Shown here: positions 1 through 6,948 of the stretch, one piece after another | Layout: each line of letters opens with the position of its first letter | Position numbering within the stretch: position 1 is the stretch's first letter | DNA from: Trichormus sp. ATA11-4-KO1 | GTDB taxonomy: Bacteria; Cyanobacteriota; Cyanobacteriia; Cyanobacteriales; Nostocaceae | Assembly (NCBI GenBank): GCA_019358915.1 | Contig: JAHHIM010000062.1 | Location: 1-14,474 of the forward strand | Length of the DNA stretch: 14,474 nucleotides | Direction of reading: 5' to 3' | Made by a program: the position numbers and the translations under genes | Notes under the pieces: generated by a model | What the model was told of the DNA's origin: nothing | What the model saw: only the letters and a program-made list of their open reading frames with translations | Database searches by the model: none

Positions 1-714
1 ATGCTAGCTGCGATTGTTGAAGGTAGCGCTAGTCCTGAACTAATGGCGGACTTGGCAAAAGGAACCATGCGAAAAAAGCATGATTTACTGATTCAAGCAC
101 TCGCAGGTAGAGTTCGTCCTCATCAACGATTTATTCTCGCACAGCTACTGTGTCAAATTGATAGCATAGACGAAACAATTAAATGTTTTGATCAACAAAT
201 TGAGGAATACTGCCGTCCTTTTGAGCAAGCCGTAGAGTTAATTGATACTATACCAGGTATCGCACGTCGAACTGCGGAAATTATTGTATCTGAAATTGGC
301 ATCGATATGAGCCGTTTCCCAAGTGCCCAGCATTTGGCTGCTTGGGCTGGAGTTGCTCCTGGTAACTACGAAAGTGGTGGGAAAACGCTTTCAACTAGTA
401 CCCGTAAAGGCAATCGCTCCTTACGAACAATTCTGGTTCAAGCCGCTCACGCTCTAGCCCATACCAAAACTTACCTTGCTGCTCAGTTTCGTCGTATTAG
501 TGGGCGAAGAGGCAAAAAACGCGCAGTTGTTGCTGTTGCACATTCTATTTTAACGATCGCTTACCATCTCTTATCACGTCAAGAACCTTATAAAGATTTA
601 GGAGCTGATTATTTTGACAAACATCGACATGTAAGTGTCAAGAAACGCTTGGTTAAGCGCTTAGAAAAGCTTGGTTATCAAGTTAATCTTGAGCCTGTTC
701 CAGTTGCAAGTTAG
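1..714 (+). CDS. IS110-family transposase/recombinase, C-terminal part (5'-truncated by the window; the N-terminal DEDD/RuvC-like domain is expected upstream)
   Basis: Translation contains IDTIPGIARRTAEIIVSEIGIDMSRFPSAQHLAAWAGVAPGNYESGGK...RKGNRSLRTILVQAA...KKRAVVAVAH, the characteristic IS116/IS110/IS902 (Transposase_20) domain including the conserved SG serine. The ATG at position 1 is probably internal. Confidence 0.93.
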   Translation: MLAAIVEGSASPELMADLAKGTMRKKHDLLIQALAGRVRPHQRFILAQLLCQIDSIDETIKCFDQQIEEYCRPFEQAVELIDTIPGIARRTAEIIVSEIGIDMSRFPSAQHLAAWAGVAPGNYESGGKTLSTSTRKGNRSLRTILVQAAHALAHTKTYLAAQFRRISGRRGKKRAVVAVAHSILTIAYHLLSRQEPYKDLGADYFDKHRHVSVKKRLVKRLEKLGYQVNLEPVPVAS

Positions 715-810
715 ACCCACAATTAATGTTTCAGTTTAGGCTGTCGTCATTGAACGACTTCAGCCACATATCCTTCTTGGTTTTTAGCCAAAGTTTGATT
801 TTCCAGTCAG
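1..810 (+). mobile_element. IS110-family insertion sequence, right portion; probable right end at ...TTTTCCAGTCAG (810)
   Basis: Transposase followed by about 96 nt of non-coding DNA with a bulged hairpin (739-765), then a switch to a different repeat sequence (AGGACAGTATTCC + CTCTGCC heptamers). The exact boundary is inferred from my recollection of TTTTC-N-AG ends in this IS110 subgroup and is not proven. Confidence 0.65.
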
Positions 811-823
811 AGGACAGTATTCC

Positions 824-851
824 TTCTGCCTCCTGCCCTCTGCCCTCTGCC
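824..851 (+). repeat. Heptamer tandem repeat (STRR-type), 4 x YYCTGCC
   Basis: TTCTGCC TCCTGCC CTCTGCC CTCTGCC read directly. Confidence 0.9.
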
Positions 852-1051
852 TTTATTGATAAATTTACCTAAACTTAATAATATTCATGATTTGATGGGA
901 GTTATTGTAATTATTTCTTGAGTGCTGAAAATAGCGCTTATCCTGAAGACTTAGGCACAGGAAAGAAAACTGGATTGTGCTTTTGGGTCTCCTGTTTATT
1001 AATATAAGCGACAAGTATAATTTGTTACTTTGCACCAAAATCAAGTAATGT

Positions 1052-1675
1052 ATGGCTAGACTATCTAACGAATTACAGCGCTATTTTTTTGAGGAAGAGC
1101 GACCTGGACAAGTCACTTTAGCAGAGATTCTGCTACTAGCAAAGGAAAGAATTTTTGGGTTTTTACTGGTTATTCTGTCTTTACCTTCAGCTTTACCAGT
1201 TCCTGCACCCGGTTATTCAATTCCTTTCGGGATTCTGATTTTTTTGCTGGCTGTACAGCTAATTATTGGTGCAAAAATCCCTTGGCTACCCCAGCGAATG
1301 ATGAACCATCCCATTAAATTGGAAACAGTACAAAAGTTTTTAAAGGCAGGGATTCCTTGGTTACGCAGAATTGAAGCGATCGCCCGCCCTCGTTTAACTT
1401 ATATTTGTACTACTTTACCAGGTAGAGTGATCATTGGTAGTGCGATCGCCTTAATGGCAATTTCCATGATGATTCCCATTCCAGGGACTAATACTTTACC
1501 CGCCATTGGAGTTTTCGTCACTAGCTTTGGCTTGCTAGAAGATGATGGTGCTATTAGCTTAAGTGGTTTAGTTCTGTGTTTAATGGGGGCGATTTTGAGT
1601 ACTTCAATTATCATTGCCGTGATTTGGGGTGGTTCCAGTCTCCTTGATATAATCAAGGCTTGGCTGAGTCGTTAA
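1052..1675 (+). CDS. exoD: ExoD-family exopolysaccharide biosynthesis membrane protein
   Basis: 207 aa, hydrophobic, with ExoD-like motifs: VTLAEILLLAKERIFGFLLVILSLPSALPVP, QLIIG..IPWLP, IPIPGTNTLPA, GLLEDDG. A TATAAT hexamer lies at 1016-1021 upstream. Confidence 0.88.
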   Translation: MARLSNELQRYFFEEERPGQVTLAEILLLAKERIFGFLLVILSLPSALPVPAPGYSIPFGILIFLLAVQLIIGAKIPWLPQRMMNHPIKLETVQKFLKAGIPWLRRIEAIARPRLTYICTTLPGRVIIGSAIALMAISMMIPIPGTNTLPAIGVFVTSFGLLEDDGAISLSGLVLCLMGAILSTSIIIAVIWGGSSLLDIIKAWLSR

Positions 1676-1736
1676 TTGACCAAAAATACTACTAGAGGTG
1701 TATGGCACCAGAACGTTAGAGGTTGATAATACTGCC

Positions 1737-2276
1737 ATGATTGCCTTCAACATTAACCTCTACTTATTTCTGGAAAATTTCCTGTTTTTCCTCTGTGCTA
1801 CCTCTTTTTTTGTCGTTGTGGGTTGGGCGTGGAAACACACAAAACTTTTTAGTATTCCCAAACTACTCCCTGGATGGTTTGCACTTTGGTTTGGCTCAGT
1901 GCAAATACTGGGAGGATTACTACCTTTAGTAGTAATGCTGTTATGGGGTGTATTGTGGGGCTACGCATCTGTTTTAAGTATACTTAGTTGGTACTTTGTG
2001 ATGTTAGCGTTACAAATCCTCTCGGAAACTATTTCGGTGAGATTATTTCACAACGTTGCTTGGGTGATGATTCCTTACTTATACGTGCCTTACCGTGTCT
2101 GGCAAATGTATGAAGGTTTGACACTATTGGGTTCTGCAAGCGAACTGTTTTGGGTAAAAAATTTATTTTTTTTAGAAATACTACTGTGGATTGTTAACTA
2201 TGCCCTAGATTTATCACAGCTACCAAGATTGTTTCGTTGGGAAATTAACCAAAGTTCTGATATTAGTATCAATTAG
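1737..2276 (+). CDS. Hypothetical multi-pass membrane protein (about 5 hydrophobic segments)
   Basis: Long Trp/Phe/Leu-rich ORF directly downstream of exoD on the same strand. The ATG at 1737 is preferred over the GTG at 1698, but the start is uncertain. No family recognised. Confidence 0.75.
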   Translation: MIAFNINLYLFLENFLFFLCATSFFVVVGWAWKHTKLFSIPKLLPGWFALWFGSVQILGGLLPLVVMLLWGVLWGYASVLSILSWYFVMLALQILSETISVRLFHNVAWVMIPYLYVPYRVWQMYEGLTLLGSASELFWVKNLFFLEILLWIVNYALDLSQLPRLFRWEINQSSDISIN

Positions 2277-2319
2277 ATGAAAGTACGATGTTTAACAATT
2301 AAAGAAGGAAGAAGTTTGG

Positions 2320-2494
2320 AGTCAGAAGGCTTGTACTGAGCGTGGCCGAAGTGAAGAAGGAGAATTGGTGGTGGTCACTGAGCAGCTCGAGTGACTTGTA
2401 CTGAGCCTTGTCGAAGTAGCCTTCGCCGAACTCCTGTCGAAGTGGGGATTTAAACCCGTTTGGCAAGAAGAAAGAAGACTTCTTCCTTCTGACT
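2320..2494. repeat. Inverted-repeat-bounded element containing nested small dispersed repeats (CTGAGC-N3-GYCGAAGT units)
   Basis: Left arm AGTCAGAAGG|AAGAAG (2320-2329 + 2354-2359, split by a 24-nt insert) is the exact reverse complement of CTTCTTCCTTCTGACT (2479-2494). Three CTGAGC...CGAAGT units lie inside. Confidence 0.8.
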
Positions 2495-2498
2495 TGAA

Positions 2499-2529
2499 AG
2501 TGCTGAGTGCTAAGTGCTGAGTGCTGAGT
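2499..2529 (+). repeat. Heptamer tandem repeat (AGTGCTG)x4
   Basis: AGTGCTG AGTGCTA AGTGCTG AGTGCTG AGT read directly. Confidence 0.92.
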
Positions 2530-2533
2530 AAAA

Positions 2534-2595
2534 ATCCCAGTCCCCATTGCCCCTTATCCCCAGAGGGGGCACCGAGTTCCCCAGTCCCTAGTCCC
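2534..2595 (+). repeat. STRR1-like heptamer tract (TCCCCAG/TCCCTAG) with a 21-nt GC-rich insert
   Basis: ATCCCAG TCCCCAT TGCCCCT ... TCCCCAG AGGGGGCACCGAGT TCCCCAG TCCCTAG TCCC, resembling the CCCCA(A/G)T STRR1 repeat of heterocystous cyanobacteria. Confidence 0.8.
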
Positions 2596-3004
2596 TCTTT
2601 CATACTTGGCTGTGAAACTCGTTTCATTGGGACTTCCCTCTTCCTTCGTTAAGAATTTATCTCCATATCATGATCATTGAAAATTCTCATGATCATCATA
2701 GTTAAGTATTGCCTGAACTTAACCTACTTCTGAGGAGTCAATAACTTTAATAAACTTCATAAATCTTATTTAATTCTTGCATTTCTTATTGACTTCAGTT
2801 ACAGTTAAGCTATTAGTCCAAATAGTCTCTGAATCTCACTTTCAGCCATTTAAGTCAGGTGCAAAGCCAAGATCAGCTTAACAAATAAGACTAAAAATTT
2901 TCCTGGTTTACTGGCAAATATTCTCATAAAACCCCATTCAAAAGGCTAAAATGCATGATTAATTATCATTAACCTCAAGAATCCGACTTTTTTTTTGAAT
3001 TTTA

Positions 3005-3046
3005 ATTGAAAATCATTTGCAATATGGATTTTTCGTTTGATATACT
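3005..3046 (+). promoter_or_regulatory. Putative Fur-repressed sigma70-type promoter: Fur-box-like palindrome overlapping -35, extended -10
   Basis: ATTGAAAAT-C-ATTTGCAAT (3005-3023) is a 9-1-9 palindrome with 8/9 symmetry resembling the Fur 7-1-7 box. TTGCAA (3017-3022), an 18-nt spacer, then TATACT (3041-3046) preceded by TG at 3038-3039. Confidence 0.62.
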
Positions 3047-3156
3047 AAAAGCAAATAGTGTCACTGAATTCCTCAAATACTCTTTACATGAGTCTCCAAC
3101 GGAGGCGAAGTTGGGGGAAGAGCTAAAGAAACATAATCCTCCATACTTTTTATCCT

Positions 3157-3188
3157 CACTCAGCACTCAGCACTCAGCACTCAGCACT
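3157..3188 (+). repeat. Heptamer tandem repeat (CACTCAG)x4.5, reverse complement of the 2499-2529 array
   Basis: CACTCAG x4 plus CACT read directly. Confidence 0.92.
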
Positions 3189-3284
3189 ATTTCTTAGGAG
3201 GTAATAGGATGCAAAATATTTTGTGATAGTGCTGATACTAAGTTTCAGACAAACTTAGACTGAGCAAGTAAAATTTTGGCTCTA

Positions 3285-3418
3285 CTATAGCAGTCCTAAA
3301 TGAGTCACGAACCAAAAGATCCCGACTTCTTGTAGACACCCGTAGAGTGGCTTCCCGGAGGGTAGAAGTCGGGGATCTAAGCCTCTCGCTGTTTGCAAAT
3401 CAAATATGATTGCTATAG
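3285..3418. mobile_element. MITE-like non-autonomous element (134 bp) with imperfect terminal inverted repeats and an internal palindrome
   Basis: Left CTATAGCAGTCCTAAATGA vs reverse complement of the right end CTATAGCAATCATATTTGA (15/19). Internal inverted repeat AGATCCCGACTTCT (3317-3330) / AGAAGTCGGGGATCT (3364-3378). TA dinucleotides at both ends. Confidence 0.78.
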
Positions 3419-3670
3419 ATAAAAACGATACAAAAATATCTGGAAGTTGCAGAAATATCTCTTCTGAGGTTAGTTGATTCTATTATGGAGATTTTATTAA
3501 CCAGAGAGACGTTTATGGAAATTGATGTTATAAAGTGGCTACCTGCTGTCCACCAGTAAATGCAGATTATTCTCGTTTACTTTTATGAGTTAGAAATATT
3601 GTATTCACGATGACAATATCCCTTTTCTCATAACCTGTTCTCGATAAAATTCACTGATGAGTAAGTTTCG

Positions 3671-4648
3671 ATGAATAATTTTTTTTGTTCTGATTATGCG
3701 CGACAAGTAGAAGAAGACATCATTGGTAGTGCAACAAATTACCAAACTTATATTCTTGTTGAGTGCCCTCAACCCTGGACATCAGATGCTTTTAATTCTA
3801 AATGGGTACCAAATAACTTACAGATTTTAGTAGAAGAAGTACGACGTAATAAATTACCAATTAGATTCCTCTTAATTGCTAATGATTTTTCGCATAAAGC
3901 AGATTATACAACTCTTTTGATTTATCAAAAATCAGCAGGGTTAAGTCATGGATATCAAAAACATGAATTTAAGCTACCACACATTGAGCAAGTAGCAACG
4001 GTGGTAAAAAAATGCCTATGGGACAAAATACCTGATTCTGAAATAGAAACAAATATCACCAGAGATATTTTAGTTTGTACTCATGGTAGCCATGATCAGT
4101 GTTGTGCCAGATATGGCAGTCCTTTTTATTTTCACGCTAACGCTACTATTGCTAATTTGGAATTAGATAATGTCCGGATTTGGAAATCCAGTCACTTTGG
4201 TGGACATCGATTTGCACCAACAGCGATAGATTTACCAGATGGCAGATATTATGGTGTTCTCAATCAAGAATCATTTCGGTCAATTTTAACCCGTACAGGC
4301 GATATTCAATGTCTAAATAAAGTTTATAGAGGCTGGGGAATTCTGCCGACGCCAATTCAGATATTAGAAAGAGAACTAATGTTTTGTCATGGATGGAATT
4401 GGTTTGATTACAAAGTATCTGGCAAAATCATTGAACAGAGTTTAGACAACAATACAATATTAGCCGAGTTAACTTTTGAAGAAACCTCTGGTTCTCTATC
4501 CACTTACCAAGCAAAACTTGTCAAAGATAAAACCAAGACACTACAGACGAAGAGTTCTTGTCATGCTAAAGAAAATTCTGTAATTGTTAAATATATTGTA
4601 GATAGTATCGGACTAGTCTGTAAGAAAGTTGTAACTTACAGTACTTAA
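3671..4648 (+). CDS. Sucrase/ferredoxin-like family protein (thioredoxin-like 2Fe-2S ferredoxin domain)
   Basis: Motifs FCS...IIGSA...ILVECPQPW, ILVCTHGSHDQCCARYG and IWKSSHFGGHRFAPT..LPDGRYYG...YRGWG match the Suc_Fer-like family (C-x8-C...H-x3-H ligand set as in Apd1/Aim32). Confidence 0.88.
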   Translation: MNNFFCSDYARQVEEDIIGSATNYQTYILVECPQPWTSDAFNSKWVPNNLQILVEEVRRNKLPIRFLLIANDFSHKADYTTLLIYQKSAGLSHGYQKHEFKLPHIEQVATVVKKCLWDKIPDSEIETNITRDILVCTHGSHDQCCARYGSPFYFHANATIANLELDNVRIWKSSHFGGHRFAPTAIDLPDGRYYGVLNQESFRSILTRTGDIQCLNKVYRGWGILPTPIQILERELMFCHGWNWFDYKVSGKIIEQSLDNNTILAELTFEETSGSLSTYQAKLVKDKTKTLQTKSSCHAKENSVIVKYIVDSIGLVCKKVVTYST

Positions 4649-4810
4649 AAAGCTAATTTATAGAACTCATAAAAAGGGTTGCTATCTACCAAAAATTAGC
4701 TAAAAAACTGCAAAAGAAGCCTTGAATAACTCAAGACTTGACACCTATATTCATAAAATACAAAATTACATAAAAAACCTTCGCATCATTCTGCGTTTAA
4801 AAATCTCTAC

Positions 4811-6691
4811 CTAACTTCCCAACATTTGCAAATTATGCAAAGTGGCATATAGTCCCCCTTGTTCTAACAATTCTTCATGACTTCCCTGTTCGATTAATTC
4901 ACCTCGCTTCAACACCAGAATTCGATCCACATTGCGAATTGTAGACAAACGGTGAGCAATAATAATTGCAGTACGTTTCACCAAAAGTTGATTCAATGCC
5001 TCTTGCACTAAAGCTTCTGTACTCACATCCAAACTAGCAGTGGCTTCATCTAAAACTAAAATTTGTGGATTGCGAATAGCAGCACGAGCAAAAGCTAAAA
5101 GTTGCTTTTGACCACTAGAAATATTTGTCCCGCGTTGTCGCAGTTGAGTATTATAGCCTTGGGGTAATTGTTCAATAAACTCAGCAATATTTGTTTTACT
5201 GGCAGCTTGTTGAATTTCCTCAAAGGTGTAATGATCACCTAAAGTGATATTACTTTTAACATCGCCAGCAAACAAAAAGCCTTCTTGTAAAATTACCGCC
5301 ATGTAACGCCGTAAATCGGACTGTGGTAACTCCCGGATGTCTACGCCATCCACTAAAATGCGTCCTTGGGTAGGTTCGTAGAGACGACACAAAAGCCGAA
5401 TAATCGAACTTTTACCTGCACCAGTGGGGCCAACTAATGCGACTTTTTCCCCAGGATGAATCACAAAGTCTAAATCTTTAATCACATAATCATCATCTTT
5501 GTAGGCAAACCAGACGTGTTCAAAGCGGATTTCTCCCAATTCTGGGGTGGGATGGAAATTTTGAGATTCTAGATTAGCGACTATCTCGTCTATGTAGCCG
5601 AGTCGAGAATCAAATATGGAAAAGCGGGGATTGCTACTATCGCGGATTTCTATGGGTTCATCTAAAACGTCGGTGATGCGTTCGATCGCAGTAAAACCGG
5701 CTTGAATGACTGTAAATTTTTCGGCAAAATCCCTCAAAGGATCAAATAATCGTTGAGCATATAAAATAAATGCCGATAAAACCCCAAAGGTGAGGGCTTC
5801 GTCTAACAGCAACCAACCGCCTAGCCATAAAACCCCAGCGATCGCTACTAATCCGATCCATTCCAAGGTCGCCGAAACAGCTGAATCATAAAAGATGGTT
5901 TGATCTACTTGCTGGGCGTAACGTTGGTTGATATGGCGAAACAAATCAGCATTGAATCTTTCGCGTCGGAACAACTGTACTACATTAATGCCAACTACAT
6001 TTTCCTGTAGCTGGGAGTTCAAAACAGAAAGTTCTTCCCGTGCTTTGTAATTGGCTTTGCGGTACTGTTGCTGAAAGTAAATAATTAACCAAGTAATTGG
6101 CAACAGCATCACCAGCAATAAGCAAGCGAGTTTCCACTCGATAGACAACATGATACCGATGATCACCAACATGGTAAACACATTGGAGACAATACCGATC
6201 GCCCCAGTGGAAAAAACATCCCCCAAGACTTCGACATCGCTGGTCAGGCGAGTAATTAATTTACCGATGGGCGTCCGGTCAAAAAAACGTACTGCCAGAG
6301 ATGTTACATGATGAAATAAATCCTCGCGAATAGCCGCCGTGATTTTTTGCCCTAGTTTTTGTAAGATATAACCTTGAACACCAGTCAATAGCAGTCGCAC
6401 AGCGATCGCTATCAATATCAGCACTTGCAGGATGTTTAGTCCTTGCCACAAAGGGCGATTCTGGAGAAATTCATAAGTGCTTGGTTCATTGCGAATCAGA
6501 GAGATTACCTGGCCAATTAGCAGTGGTTGTACAGCGTTAGCTACTGCGATCGGTACAAGTAGCAAAATTGCCAGTGTCAGCAGTAGTCCACTGCGACGGG
6601 CATAAGGCACTAGACGTAAAAACAACCGCCAGTCACTGTTACTTTGACGGTTCTCTCTATAAGATTTTTTTAAGGATTGATAGATGCTCAT
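4811..6691 (-). CDS. ABC transporter, fused permease/ATP-binding half-transporter (MdlB/MsbA-like exporter fold)
   Basis: N-terminal transmembrane domain, Walker A GPTGAGKS, signature ISSGQ, Walker B LVLDE, H-loop IAH. Confidence 0.95.
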   Translation of the reverse strand: MSIYQSLKKSYRENRQSNSDWRLFLRLVPYARRSGLLLTLAILLLVPIAVANAVQPLLIGQVISLIRNEPSTYEFLQNRPLWQGLNILQVLILIAIAVRLLLTGVQGYILQKLGQKITAAIREDLFHHVTSLAVRFFDRTPIGKLITRLTSDVEVLGDVFSTGAIGIVSNVFTMLVIIGIMLSIEWKLACLLLVMLLPITWLIIYFQQQYRKANYKAREELSVLNSQLQENVVGINVVQLFRRERFNADLFRHINQRYAQQVDQTIFYDSAVSATLEWIGLVAIAGVLWLGGWLLLDEALTFGVLSAFILYAQRLFDPLRDFAEKFTVIQAGFTAIERITDVLDEPIEIRDSSNPRFSIFDSRLGYIDEIVANLESQNFHPTPELGEIRFEHVWFAYKDDDYVIKDLDFVIHPGEKVALVGPTGAGKSSIIRLLCRLYEPTQGRILVDGVDIRELPQSDLRRYMAVILQEGFLFAGDVKSNITLGDHYTFEEIQQAASKTNIAEFIEQLPQGYNTQLRQRGTNISSGQKQLLAFARAAIRNPQILVLDEATASLDVSTEALVQEALNQLLVKRTAIIIAHRLSTIRNVDRILVLKRGELIEQGSHEELLEQGGLYATLHNLQMLGS

Positions 6692-6810
6692 AGTAAGAGC
6701 ATTATATTAATTATTTCATAGGACTTACGCATTGCTATGAGAATTCTTTCCAGCATGTAAATCAAAGGATATCTCTTGAAGTAGCAATTGGCAGTAGAGC
6801 CTCTGGACGC

Positions 6811-6948
6811 TGGCGCGTTAGCAAAAAGGACTAAAGTCCTGACCCTACGGGTAATGCCTCCGGCACGCTGCGCGGTAAGCGCAGCTATGCCCGTCAGGGC
6901 TTTACGTTAGTCCCTCATGGGGGAAACCCCCAAGACCGCGCTAACTCA
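6811..6948. repeat. GC-rich cluster of short hairpin-forming repeats (nested small dispersed repeat-like)
   Basis: Six consecutive palindromes: AGGACT-AA-AGTCCT (6827-6840), ACCC-TAC-GGGT (6842-6852), TGCC-TCC-GGCA (6855-6865), GCTGCGC-GGTAA-GCGCAGC (6867-6885), GCCC-GTCA-GGGC (6889-6900), TGGGGG-AAA-CCCCCA (6918-6932). Confidence 0.8.

Noticed and set aside
715..810. Complete bridge RNA within the IS110 right end
   Set aside because: Only about 96 nt with one clear hairpin, and I could not identify two guide-bearing internal loops matching the flank. The shared TCCTTCT (771-777 and 821-827) may be chance.
1399..1929. ORFs 1399-1656 (-) and 1741-1929 (+)
   Set aside because: Antisense or alternative-frame shadows of exoD and the membrane protein gene, with no recognisable motifs.
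2330..2443. Repeated CTGAGC...CGAAGT units as a CRISPR array
   Set aside because: The units are nested, unevenly spaced and variable, with no constant-length unique spacers and no cas genes.
2299..2627. Minus-strand ORFs of 82 and 101 aa
   Set aside because: They are translations of heptamer and SDR repeats (STQHSAL-type low-complexity peptides).
3006..3197. 63-aa + strand ORF
   Set aside because: Its TTG start lies inside the Fur-like box, upstream of the predicted TSS, with no RBS, and its C-terminus is heptamer-repeat translation.
3419..3559. Stop-free stretch (IKTIQKYLEVAEISLLRLVDSIMEILL...) after the MITE as a gene remnant
   Set aside because: No recognisable motif or clear start, and removing the MITE does not restore a longer frame.
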